Shown: in pieces, positions 16,259 to 24,793 of the stretch
How the letters are laid out: each line of letters begins with the position of its first letter
Numbering within the stretch: position 1 is the first letter of the stretch
Source of the DNA: Archangium sp.
Lineage (GTDB): Bacteria; Myxococcota; Myxococcia; Myxococcales; Myxococcaceae
DNA: 24,862 nt
Assembly: GCA_031367385.1 (NCBI GenBank)
Contig: JANLPS010000287.1
Coordinates: 1 to 24,862, forward strand
Direction: 5' to 3'
Position numbers and translations under genes: made by a program
The notes under the pieces: model-generated
Told to the model about the DNA's origin: nothing
Database searches by the model: none
The model's input: only the letters and a program-made list of their open reading frames with translations

Positions 16259-16908
16259 ATGGCCCGCTGTGGCTCTCGCTCGAGATCGCCTCGATCGCGA
16301 CGCTGCTCACCACGCTGCTCGCGCTGCCGCTGGCCTCGCTGGTGTCGCACCGGCGCCTGTTCGTGCTCGATGCGCTGCTGACCACGCCGTTGGTGTTGCC
16401 GCCGACGGTGCTGGGGTACTTCTTGTTGGTCGTGATGGGCAATCACACGGTCATCGGCCGCGCGTGGCAGGCGGTGTTCGGCAGCTCGCTGGTCTTCACC
16501 ACCACCGGCATCGTCTTCGCGGCGGTGATCACCTCATTGCCACTGGTGCTTCAGGCGACCCGTGCCGCGATTGAAGGCGTTGACGTCACGCTGGTCAACG
16601 CCGCCCGAACTCTCGGCGCGAATCGATTCAAGACCTACACCCGAATCACGCTCCCCCTCGCGTCGCGGGGCATGTGTGCCGGCATCGTGCTGGGGTTCGC
16701 ACGCGCGCTCGGAGACTTCGGCGTGACGATGATGGTCGGCGGCAACTTGCCGGGCGAGACCCGCACCGCGTCGCTGGCGATCTACGACGCGTTCATCGCC
16801 GATCGCGCCACCGAGGCGCTGCACCTCTCGTTGATGTTGGCGGGGTTCTCGATCGTGCTCGTCTCGGTCGCCACCCTGCTCGGCCGAAGGCCCCACGCGC
16901 ATGCTTAA
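16255..16908 (+). CDS. modB: Molybdate ABC transporter permease
   Basis: PLVLPPTVLGYFLL, AARTLGA, FARALGDFGVTMMVGGNLPGETRT. Confidence 0.95.
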   Translation: MNGPLWLSLEIASIATLLTTLLALPLASLVSHRRLFVLDALLTTPLVLPPTVLGYFLLVVMGNHTVIGRAWQAVFGSSLVFTTTGIVFAAVITSLPLVLQATRAAIEGVDVTLVNAARTLGANRFKTYTRITLPLASRGMCAGIVLGFARALGDFGVTMMVGGNLPGETRTASLAIYDAFIADRATEALHLSLMLAGFSIVLVSVATLLGRRPHAHA

Positions 16909-17500
16909 GGCCCGCATCACCCACCGCTTCGATGCTCGGTTCGCGCTCGACGTGACGCTCGAGGTGCCCCCTGGGGTCACTGCGTTGGTCGGCCCTTCGG
17001 GCTCCGGCAAGACCAGCACGCTGCAGATCATCGCCGGTCTTCTCAAAGCCGACTCGGCCGACATTCACCTCGGGTCGACGAGCTGGTCTGGCCTCCCACC
17101 CGAGCGCCGAAACGTGTCGTTGGTGTTCCAATCGCTCGCGCTCTTTCCCCACCTCACGGCGCTGCAGAACGTGCGCTTCGGGGCCCCGAGCGACAGCGAT
17201 GCGACGCAGTGGCTCGAGCGAATGAGGGTCTCACACGTCGCAAAGCGCAAACCTCGGTCTCTGAGCGGTGGAGAAGCGCAGCGGGTGGCGCTGGCCCGTG
17301 CACTGGCACGCGCTCCCTCGGTGCTCCTGCTCGATGAGCCCTTCTCGGCCCTCGACTCGGCGCTCCACGAACGTCTCCTTCACGAGCTCCGAGAGCACAT
17401 CACGGCCCTCAACATCCCCACGTTGCTGGTCACGCACGATGAACGCGACGTTCGTACACTTTCAGCGCGCACGATCGCCATCGAGAATGGGAGAACCTAA
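16901..17500 (+). CDS. modC: Molybdate ABC transporter ATPase, short form without C-terminal TOBE domains
   Basis: Walker A GPSGSGKT, LSGGEAQR, LLLDEPFSALD, VTHD; 199 aa. Confidence 0.9.
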   Translation: MLKARITHRFDARFALDVTLEVPPGVTALVGPSGSGKTSTLQIIAGLLKADSADIHLGSTSWSGLPPERRNVSLVFQSLALFPHLTALQNVRFGAPSDSDATQWLERMRVSHVAKRKPRSLSGGEAQRVALARALARAPSVLLLDEPFSALDSALHERLLHELREHITALNIPTLLVTHDERDVRTLSARTIAIENGRT

Positions 17501-17503
17501 GTC

Positions 17504-17872
17504 ATGAAACGCCTCGCCCTGATCTTCGCGTTTGCGCTCACCGCGTGCCCCGAGAAGAAACCCGTCGAGCTCAAGCCGGGCAACGTCACCAGGGGCGCCG
17601 CCGAATTCAAGAGCCGATGCGCGCTCTGTCACGGCTTGGGGGGCGCAGGCGATGGCCCGATGGCGGGCACCCTCGCGGTCAAGCCACGCAACCTCGCCGA
17701 CCCGATGTGGCAAGTGAACGAGACCGACGCCGCGCTCGACGAGATCATCACCAAGGGCGGCAAAGCGGTTGGCAAGAGCGAGCTGATGCCCGCCAATTTT
17801 CAAAATGACCCACAAGCCTTGGCCGATGTTCGGGCCTACGTGCGCTCACTGCTGCACGGCCACGGGCACTGA
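17504..17872 (+). CDS. Monoheme c-type cytochrome lipoprotein
   Basis: Lipobox LTAC; CALCH; GAGDGP...KPRNL; distal Met in SELMP; C-terminal HGHGH. Confidence 0.9.
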   Translation: MKRLALIFAFALTACPEKKPVELKPGNVTRGAAEFKSRCALCHGLGGAGDGPMAGTLAVKPRNLADPMWQVNETDAALDEIITKGGKAVGKSELMPANFQNDPQALADVRAYVRSLLHGHGH

Positions 17873-17879
17873 GGCTGGT

Positions 17880-18383
17880 TCAAGTTGAAAGCTGGGCGAT
17901 GCTCCAGGTGACGAACTGCTGAAGCTGGGGCACCGGCATTTCGACTGAGCGGGGCACGCCGACCTTGGTGGCGTACTCGGTCACCTTGGGCGACGGAGGC
18001 ACCAACGCCAGCCCGAACTGCAACTGCTTCAAGGTCTGCCGTTGCTGCTCAACGAAGGTCGACACGGCCTGACGGGTGTCCGAAGTCTGCATCATGAAGG
18101 AGCAGCCCAGCGTGGGTTGCTCGAGGTCGAGCCGAAAGCCACCACGCGGCAAGCGATGCCGGGTCTCGACCATCACCTCGAACATGATGCTGCCAGGCAG
18201 GCGAAAGCTCACCTCGAACCGCGGCGGCAACACCATGTTGGCGTCAACGCCCAGCAACACCCCGCCAGCGCTGACCTGCAGCAACTTGCAGCGCAATGAC
18301 GTCTTCGAAAACGTAATCGTCGCTTCCGTGCCGGCTCCCACCAATACGCGAGGTGACCGGCGGCTCGAGAGTCCCATGCCCAT
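17880..18383 (-). CDS. PilZ-domain protein
   Basis: RRSPR (RxxxR), QVSAGG, FRLPG, GCSF. Start at ATG 18383 or 18377. Confidence 0.75.
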   Translation of the reverse strand: MGMGLSSRRSPRVLVGAGTEATITFSKTSLRCKLLQVSAGGVLLGVDANMVLPPRFEVSFRLPGSIMFEVMVETRHRLPRGGFRLDLEQPTLGCSFMMQTSDTRQAVSTFVEQQRQTLKQLQFGLALVPPSPKVTEYATKVGVPRSVEMPVPQLQQFVTWSIAQLST

Positions 18384-18395
18384 GGGGGTGGCTAC

Positions 18396-18411
18396 AGCAA
18401 GAGCGGTGCCG
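18396..18411 (-). promoter_or_regulatory. Sigma54 (-24/-12) promoter upstream of the PilZ gene
   Basis: Minus strand reads CGGCAC-CGCTC-TTGCT, giving GG-N10-GC spacing that matches the TGGCAC-N5-TTGCW consensus. Confidence 0.7.
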
Positions 18412-18536
18412 ACGAATGCCCGGCGAATTGCGTGGGGTGGTCTCCCCAGGTGGAGCACCGATGTCTGCGTCGGCTGCCAGCGGCCGGTGACAGGTGATAC
18501 CTGCGGGTTGCAGGCGGCGAGGCTAGATTGCCGGCA

Positions 18537-19046
18537 ATGCAGACTTACGACTTCGTCTGGCAGCCGATTCTGGGAGGCCTGCCCTTCGATCGACCCAAAT
18601 TCGAGGCGGCCATCGAAGCGGCCGGGGCGGTGCGGCGGCCTGACGGTGCGTGGGTTTGGAGACTCTCAAAAGGTGAGACGGTGATCACCGCACTGAACGA
18701 TGCGGGCGCGGTGGTCGGGTTCGACGTGCGGGTGCCGGTCTCTGACAGCGCTGAGCTGGTGATCGAGACGCTGGTACGCAGCGCCTCGCTCGCGGCCGCC
18801 AACACACTGCAGCTGGTCGACCCGCAGCTGAGTCGGGCGGTGACCGACCGTGACGCCGCGTCGGTCGAAGACTCGTACATTCGGGTGGCCCGCTATGCCG
18901 GCGCGTACATCGAGGGCACCGCTCAAGCGTGGACTGTGGCGGCAGCGGAGGCGAGCGCCGGGCTCTCGTTCTCGACCAAGGCGGTGCTGGCGGTGGTGGT
19001 GTTTCTGGCGACGATGTTCTTCGCCTACCAGATGGTCGCGACGTAG
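18537..19046 (+). CDS. Hypothetical protein with a C-terminal transmembrane helix
   Basis: Gene-like ORF filling the gap, ending AVLAVVVFLATMFFAYQMV; TAGATT lies 7 nt before the ATG. Confidence 0.7.
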   Translation: MQTYDFVWQPILGGLPFDRPKFEAAIEAAGAVRRPDGAWVWRLSKGETVITALNDAGAVVGFDVRVPVSDSAELVIETLVRSASLAAANTLQLVDPQLSRAVTDRDAASVEDSYIRVARYAGAYIEGTAQAWTVAAAEASAGLSFSTKAVLAVVVFLATMFFAYQMVAT

Positions 19047-19123
19047 AAAAAAGGGGACAGGCTGCTTTTCTCGACGCTGCACCTGGGTGACCGACGAGAA
19101 AAGCAGCCTGTCCCCCTTTTTCT
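19045..19123. repeat. Long inverted repeat (REPIN-like, possibly a bidirectional terminator)
   Basis: Perfect 21-bp arms GGGGACAGGCTGCTTTTCTCG (19053-19073) and CGAGAAAAGCAGCCTGTCCCC (19095-19115), extendable to 29 bp with one mismatch; 21-nt loop; A/T tails; between convergent genes. Confidence 0.9.
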
Positions 19124-19125
19124 CC

Positions 19126-20034
19126 TCAGAAGCGCCAACACCGGTGCACCGTGCGGCGAAAATCTTCGGGGATGGACTTGGGCGTCAGCTCTTCGAGGGG
19201 CAGAAGCTGCGGGTCCAAGTCGAACTCGAGAAAATTCGTCGAGAAATACAGCGTGCCACCCGGGCTCAACCGCGCGCGGGCCGTGTCGAGCAGCCAGCGG
19301 TGATCACGCTGTACTTCGAACCGGCGTGACATCTTCTTCGAGGTCGAGAACGAGGGCGGGTCGAGCACGATCACGTCGAACTTCTCACGCGTGTTCTCGA
19401 GCCAGGCGAGCACGTCGTCACGAATGATTCGCTGCCCCGAGAGCCCGTTGAGGGTGAAGTTGCGGTGAGCCCACTCGCAGTAGGTCTTCGAGAGGTCGAC
19501 CGTGGTGGTTTCAGCAGCACCGCCAGCCTTCGCGTGCACGCTGAACGAGCCGGTGTACGCGAAGAGGTTGAGCATGCGCTTGCCCTGCGACTCCTTCTTC
19601 ACCCGCGCGCGCGTGGTTCGGTGGTCGAGAAAGAGCCCGGTGTCGAGGTAGTCAGACAAGTTGCACTCGAACTTGAGCCCGTTCTCTTCGACGACGACGA
19701 TCTTCGAGGTCGATGACACCTTGTCGTACTGCGATTCGCCCCAGGTCTTGGGCTCGTGGGTCTTCGCGAAGATCTCCGTGTCAGGCACCGACAGCGCAGA
19801 GGCGATGCTGCGTCGAACCTCGGCCCGCATCGCCTCGAGGCCTTCCTTCCGCTTTCGGCGGCTGGGGTACTCCATCACGTGCACTGAGCCCGCGTACCAA
19901 TCGACCGCGACTGGCCATTCAGGCATGTCGAGGTCGTACACGCGAAACGCGGTGAGGTTCTGCCGCTTCGCCCAGGCGAACCGGTGCTTGGCGTTCTTCT
20001 TCAGCCGGTTTTCGAATTCAGGAGAGCCAGGCAT
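19126..20034 (-). CDS. Stand-alone RlmK-like methyltransferase (C-terminal half of RlmKL)
   Basis: FENRLKKN, FRVYDLDMPE, NLSDYLDTGLFLDHR, LNLFAYTGSFSV, VDLSKTY, DPPSFSTSKKM, YFSTN. Confidence 0.88.
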   Translation of the reverse strand: MPGSPEFENRLKKNAKHRFAWAKRQNLTAFRVYDLDMPEWPVAVDWYAGSVHVMEYPSRRKRKEGLEAMRAEVRRSIASALSVPDTEIFAKTHEPKTWGESQYDKVSSTSKIVVVEENGLKFECNLSDYLDTGLFLDHRTTRARVKKESQGKRMLNLFAYTGSFSVHAKAGGAAETTTVDLSKTYCEWAHRNFTLNGLSGQRIIRDDVLAWLENTREKFDVIVLDPPSFSTSKKMSRRFEVQRDHRWLLDTARARLSPGGTLYFSTNFLEFDLDPQLLPLEELTPKSIPEDFRRTVHRCWRF

Positions 20035-21338
20035 CAGCCAACAGTCTTGACCAGGCAGAAGTCTTTCTTGCCCTTCTGCAGCAGCAAGTACCGGTCGTTG
20101 ATCAAAGAGGTCAGCCCGACGGTCGCTTTCACGTCAGCGAGCTTCTCTTTGTTCACCGACACCGCGTTCGACTCGATCAATTTTCGCGCAGCGCCCTTCG
20201 ATTCGACGAGCTTGGTGCGCTCGGTGAGCAAGTCGATCAACGCAATGCCAGCCGCCAGCGCATCTCTGGGCACCTCAGCGACCGGCACACCCGCACCGAC
20301 GAACACCGACAAGAAGGCTTCGTCACTGAGCGAGCGCAGTTGATCAATCGTGCCCTTGCCGAAGATCACGTCGCTGGCCGCCAGCGCGGCGTCGAGGCCC
20401 TCTTTGCCGTGCACTCGCTGGGTCACATCGCGCGCCAGCGTCTTCTGGAGCTCGCGCTGATGCGGAGCCGCCGCATGCGTCGCCTCGAGCCCCTCGATGG
20501 TCGCCTGGTCGAGCACGGTGAAAATGCGCACGTAGTTCTTCACGTCGTCATCGCTCGCGTTGAGCCAGAATTGAAAGAACTCGTACGGCGAGGTGCGCTT
20601 GGGGTCGAGCCAGACGTTGCCCTTCTCGGTCTTGCCGAACTTGGTGCCGTCGCCCTTCGTGATCAGCGGAGTCGTCAGCCCGAACGCCGTGCCCGCTGCC
20701 TTGCGCCGCACCAGCTCGGTGCCAGTCAAGATGTTGCCCCACTGGTCTGACCCGCCCATCTGCAACTTCACGCCGCGGTTCTTCCACAGCCAGTAGAAGT
20801 CGTAGCCCTGCACCAGCTGGTACGAGAACTCGGTGAACGACATGCCCTCGCGGTCGTCGCCCGAGATGCGCTTCTTCACCGAGTCTTTCGCCATCATGTA
20901 ATTGACGGTGAGGTGCTTGCCGACATCGCGCAGAAACTCGAGAAACGAGATCCCCTTGATCCACTCGAAGTTATTCACGATTTCGGCGCCGGTCGGGCCG
21001 GGGGTGAAGTCGAGAAACCGCTCGAGCTGCTTGCGCTGACCGGCGAGGTTGGCCTGCAGCGAGTCTTCTGAGAGCAGGTTGCGCTCTTCTGATTTGCCCG
21101 AGGGGTCGCCGATCATACCGGTGGCGCCTCCGACCAGGGCGAAAGGCTTGTGCCCGGCGCGCTGAAAGTGCACCAACATCATCACCTGCACGAGGTTGCC
21201 GACGCCGAGTGAATCAGCGGTGGGGTCGAAGCCGATGTACCCGTTGACGGTCTCGGCACGCAGCAACGCGTCGGTGCCCGGCATTGAGTCGTGCAGCATG
21301 CGGCGCCAGGTCAGCTCTTGAATGAAGTCGGTAGCCAT
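20034..21338 (-). CDS. tyrS: Tyrosine--tRNA ligase
   Basis: YIGFDPTADSL, GGATGMIGDPSGK, EFSYQLVQGYDF, QMGGSDQWGNI, KFGKT and a C-terminal S4-like domain. Start at ATG 21338. Confidence 0.97.
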   Translation of the reverse strand: MATDFIQELTWRRMLHDSMPGTDALLRAETVNGYIGFDPTADSLGVGNLVQVMMLVHFQRAGHKPFALVGGATGMIGDPSGKSEERNLLSEDSLQANLAGQRKQLERFLDFTPGPTGAEIVNNFEWIKGISFLEFLRDVGKHLTVNYMMAKDSVKKRISGDDREGMSFTEFSYQLVQGYDFYWLWKNRGVKLQMGGSDQWGNILTGTELVRRKAAGTAFGLTTPLITKGDGTKFGKTEKGNVWLDPKRTSPYEFFQFWLNASDDDVKNYVRIFTVLDQATIEGLEATHAAAPHQRELQKTLARDVTQRVHGKEGLDAALAASDVIFGKGTIDQLRSLSDEAFLSVFVGAGVPVAEVPRDALAAGIALIDLLTERTKLVESKGAARKLIESNAVSVNKEKLADVKATVGLTSLINDRYLLLQKGKKDFCLVKTVG

Positions 21339-21361
21339 CGGGCCGCGACTGCTAGCACACC

Positions 21362-21982
21362 TTACGGAAGTTGCTCCGCCAACACCGTCGCCCACCCGGT
21401 GTACGCCTTCGCCAGCGGGTGCAGCCCGTCGGTCGCGAAGAGCTGCGCCGCCCCTTGCGCCTTCATCATCGCCCAGCAATCGACGTAGGTGGCCCCAGCC
21501 CGCTTCGACTCTTCGGCCAAAATCGCGTTGTACGCCTCGATCTTCCCTCGCAACGCGTCTCGGGGCCCGAACCCCTCGGCGATGGGGGCTTGCGACCAGT
21601 CGGGCTGCGGCAACACCAGAATGCGGGCCTTGGACTTCACCAGCCGGGCGAAAATTTCACGGAGTCGAGCGCGGTACAGCTCGGGCTTCTTGTCGCGCAC
21701 CAGGTCGTTCGCACCGATGGCCAGGGTGATCAGGTTCGGGTTCACCACCTCGAGCGCGGGCAACTCTTCGGCGATCACCTCGCGGGTCGAGTACCCATTG
21801 ACCGCCACGTTTTCGAGCTTCACCGTGTGCCCGCGCTTGCGAAGCATCGCCGCCAACTGCGAGGGGAAGTTGAGCGACTCGGGTTGGCTGGTGCCGATGG
21901 TGAAGCTGTCTCCGATGGCGAGATAGCGAAACGTCTGAGGCGCTGGCGCCTGGGCCAACAACACCGTCGCCAGCAGCCACAT
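21362..21982 (-). CDS. Exported SGNH/GDSL hydrolase
   Basis: YLAIGDSFT, NVAVNG, IGAND, DGLHP. Confidence 0.92.
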   Translation of the reverse strand: MWLLATVLLAQAPAPQTFRYLAIGDSFTIGTSQPESLNFPSQLAAMLRKRGHTVKLENVAVNGYSTREVIAEELPALEVVNPNLITLAIGANDLVRDKKPELYRARLREIFARLVKSKARILVLPQPDWSQAPIAEGFGPRDALRGKIEAYNAILAEESKRAGATYVDCWAMMKAQGAAQLFATDGLHPLAKAYTGWATVLAEQLP

Positions 21983-22647
21983 CACCGCGCGCCGACCAGG
22001 TGAACCGGGCGCTCCAGGAGCGTCACGTGCAGGTCGACCAACCACGCATTCTCGACGGGAGCGGCTTCGAACCCCTGCGCATTGAGCTCGTACGCGATGG
22101 GCAACGCCTGGCCACTGAGCGCCTGAAGCTCATCAGGGCCGACCCGCCGGTCTCCGTCACGGTCGAACCAAAGCCGCAGCTCGCCATAGGCCGCGTCACT
22201 CACAGTGACGACGTGATCTCCGTCGCTGTCGAGCGCCGCCAACGCCTCGAACCCATTCTTCGCGAGCCGCCCGCTCGGCAAGACCGTGAATGACCCGAAC
22301 AGCTCTCGGCCACTGCTCACCAGCCCGTCACCATTCAGGTCTCGAACCAGCCACGCCGAGGCCGCGTCAGGCCAGGCCGTATACCGCGGCGAGCCGGGCT
22401 CGAACTCGAACGACCCGGTCGCCATTCGCACGCTCAGCTCTTTGGTCGCGCTCAGCACCAACGGAGTGCCCTGCCCCGCCGACGGCCTCGCCAACCGCCG
22501 CTGCGCAAATCGCGGTTTCGACGCCCGGGGTGGAACCACTCGCGCAATTGGCGGCACTGGTCTCTCGCGAAATGGAGGCGCCGGCGTCTCCGCCCACACT
22601 TCGAATGACATCACCGCCGTCAGAATGAAAAGGTGGCCTCCGCGCAT
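21982..22647 (-). CDS. Exported calcium-binding (DxDxDG repeat) protein
   Basis: TPLVL, WLVRDLNGDGLVSSGRELFG, NGFEALAALDSDGD, LRLWFDRDGD; signal-like N-terminus ending VWA. Confidence 0.75.
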   Translation of the reverse strand: MRGGHLFILTAVMSFEVWAETPAPPFRERPVPPIARVVPPRASKPRFAQRRLARPSAGQGTPLVLSATKELSVRMATGSFEFEPGSPRYTAWPDAASAWLVRDLNGDGLVSSGRELFGSFTVLPSGRLAKNGFEALAALDSDGDHVVTVSDAAYGELRLWFDRDGDRRVGPDELQALSGQALPIAYELNAQGFEAAPVENAWLVDLHVTLLERPVHLVGAR

Positions 22648-23932
22648 GAGTCTCACAGTGTCCCTCGCTTTGCTGTCGATAATCCAGGGCCGGTGGAGGG
22701 TTGACGAGGCTCCCTTGGTTCCAGACGACTGGCTCATTTATTCCGCCCAGCAGGTCAACGAGCAGGTGGTCGCCGTGCTGGCCGACAAGCACCCCACCGC
22801 CCGACCCGACGCCTCGGTGCCCATCGAGACCGGTGTCTTCACCGTTCGCATCGGCGAGGCTCCGCGGCTGATCGCTCGCTTCTCCGAGCCCCTCGAGGCG
22901 AGCGCCGCGGGCGGCAGCGGCTTCACCCTCACCGTCGGGCAGACGTATTTTCGGGTGCGACTCGACCCCACCCCGACCCTGGTGCGCATCGGCCAGTTCA
23001 CCGTTCACCCCCGCGCTGTCAGCTGCGACGACGCCGTGCACGACTGTGTCTTCGTTCTCGAAGAAGGCCTCGTGCAGCGGTGGCGCGACGGCACCGTGAG
23101 CACGATTTCGACCCCGCTCTCGGTCGAAGAAGGCGCTCCCCTCGTGCCCTGGGGTGCCGCCATGCACCCGAGAGGCGGCCTGGTCGCCCTCGCCGCCAGC
23201 GATGCGGTCGTCATCTGGGCCCTCGATACCGGCAAGGTCACTGCCGTCTCGGGAGCCCTCACCGTTGCCAAACCCTCGCTGCTCGACCTCGCCACGGAGC
23301 TGGAGGGCAAGCCGGCGCTCCGAGCGGAGTGGGATCGCCACCGCGATGTCTGCAAGGCCGAGCCAACCGGCTGGCACGGTGACAAACCGGTCATCACCTT
23401 CGTCGAAGCCTTCACCGAAGATGTTGGCGCCTTCCCCTGCCCGGTCACGCCCAGCGAATTCGAGCTCGATCTGCGCACCCACCAGCGCATCGGCCTGCCC
23501 GCCTACCCGTGGAAGGTGCTCGATTGCCCCAACGGCGGGTGGACCTCACCAGCCGGCACGATGGTGACCGACTGCACCGACCCCGATGAGGCGACGTCGA
23601 TTCGAATGATGAAGCAGGCGCGCGCCGCCGCCCAGAAGCCGATTCGCGAGTTGCCCGAAGCGGTGGGCCTGAGCGAGACGCAGGTCTTCGTGATGGAGCT
23701 CGAGCCCAAGCACCCCTACCGCTGGTACCGCGGAGCCGCCAAAGGCCAGGGTTTGCCCTTCATCGTCGACGGCCCGAGCGTGCTCACCTTCGGCCCCCGG
23801 GGCGTCACCGTCGAGCAGGTGCCGTGGCGCTTCGGCTTCACCCGGTTTGCCGCTGCACTGAGCGACGACTGGCACCTCATCGAATCGACCTCCCGCGGCT
23901 GGGCCTTGGTGCGACTGACCCACGACTCGTAG
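22646..23932 (+). CDS. Hypothetical exported protein with a WD40-like blade
   Basis: Short hydrophobic N-terminus MSLTVSLALLSII; AAMHPRGGLVALAASDAVVIWALDTGK resembles a WD40 repeat; six Cys. Start uncertain. Confidence 0.6.
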   Translation: MSLTVSLALLSIIQGRWRVDEAPLVPDDWLIYSAQQVNEQVVAVLADKHPTARPDASVPIETGVFTVRIGEAPRLIARFSEPLEASAAGGSGFTLTVGQTYFRVRLDPTPTLVRIGQFTVHPRAVSCDDAVHDCVFVLEEGLVQRWRDGTVSTISTPLSVEEGAPLVPWGAAMHPRGGLVALAASDAVVIWALDTGKVTAVSGALTVAKPSLLDLATELEGKPALRAEWDRHRDVCKAEPTGWHGDKPVITFVEAFTEDVGAFPCPVTPSEFELDLRTHQRIGLPAYPWKVLDCPNGGWTSPAGTMVTDCTDPDEATSIRMMKQARAAAQKPIRELPEAVGLSETQVFVMELEPKHPYRWYRGAAKGQGLPFIVDGPSVLTFGPRGVTVEQVPWRFGFTRFAAALSDDWHLIESTSRGWALVRLTHDS

Positions 23933-23956
23933 CGTCAGGCATGAGAAGGTGCGCGC

Positions 23957-24793
23957 ATGCCGCTCCAGGTGGGTCACTTCACCGTACATGCCGTCGACGA
24001 CGGCACCATGGCCCTCGACGGAGGCTCGATGTTCGGCGTCGTGCCCCGGGCCCTCTGGGAGCGCCGGTACGAGCCCGACGAGCGCAACCGCATCACCTTG
24101 AGCCTGCGCTGCATGTTGATCATCGACGGCCCGCGAAAAATTCTCGTCGACGTCGGCATCGGCACCCGGTGGGACGGCAAGAGCCGCGAGCTGTATGACC
24201 TGGGCAACAGCACCCTCGACGAAGAGCTCGCCCAGGCCGGCGTCACCCGCGCCGAGATCACCGACGTCGTGCTCAGCCACCTCCACTTCGACCACGCCGG
24301 AGGCACCGCCGACGCCTCAGCCACCCTTCGCTTTCCCAACGCGACCTTTCACCTTCAGCGCCGCCATTGGAAGTGGGCCCACACACCGTCTGAAAAAGAT
24401 GCCGGCAGCTTCAGAGCCGGTGACTTCGCGCCCCTCGAGAAGAGCGGCCGCTTGCACCTGCTCGAGGGCAACACCGAGCTCTACCCGGGCGTGCACCTCT
24501 TCGTCAGCGAAGGCCACACCGTCGCGATGCAGCTGGTGCGCCTCGAGACCGCAGACAAGACCCTGGTCTTCTGCGGAGACCTGGTGCCCACCACCGGCCA
24601 CCTGCGCACCGCCTGGGTCGCGGCGTACGACTTGTACCCGCTCACCACCATCGAAGAGAAAAAGCAGCTGCTCGCCCAGGCCGTCGAAGAGGGCTGGCTG
24701 TTGTTCTTCGAGCACGACCCCAACGTCAGCGTCTGCAGTGTCAAAGACGATGGCGCGGGTCACGTCATCGTCGATGAGGTCATCACGCTGTGA
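23957..24793 (+). CDS. MBL-fold metallo-hydrolase (YtnP-like)
   Basis: LDGGSMFGVVPRALW, SHLHFDHAGG, GHT, GDLVP, YDLYP, FEHDP. Confidence 0.95.
   Translation: MPLQVGHFTVHAVDDGTMALDGGSMFGVVPRALWERRYEPDERNRITLSLRCMLIIDGPRKILVDVGIGTRWDGKSRELYDLGNSTLDEELAQAGVTRAEITDVVLSHLHFDHAGGTADASATLRFPNATFHLQRRHWKWAHTPSEKDAGSFRAGDFAPLEKSGRLHLLEGNTELYPGVHLFVSEGHTVAMQLVRLETADKTLVFCGDLVPTTGHLRTAWVAAYDLYPLTTIEEKKQLLAQAVEEGWLLFFEHDPNVSVCSVKDDGAGHVIVDEVITL

Noticed and set aside
22286..22645. First 120 codons of the 548-aa ORF
   Set aside because: Antisense to the Ca-binding protein gene; Ser/Arg/Gly-rich and not protein-like.
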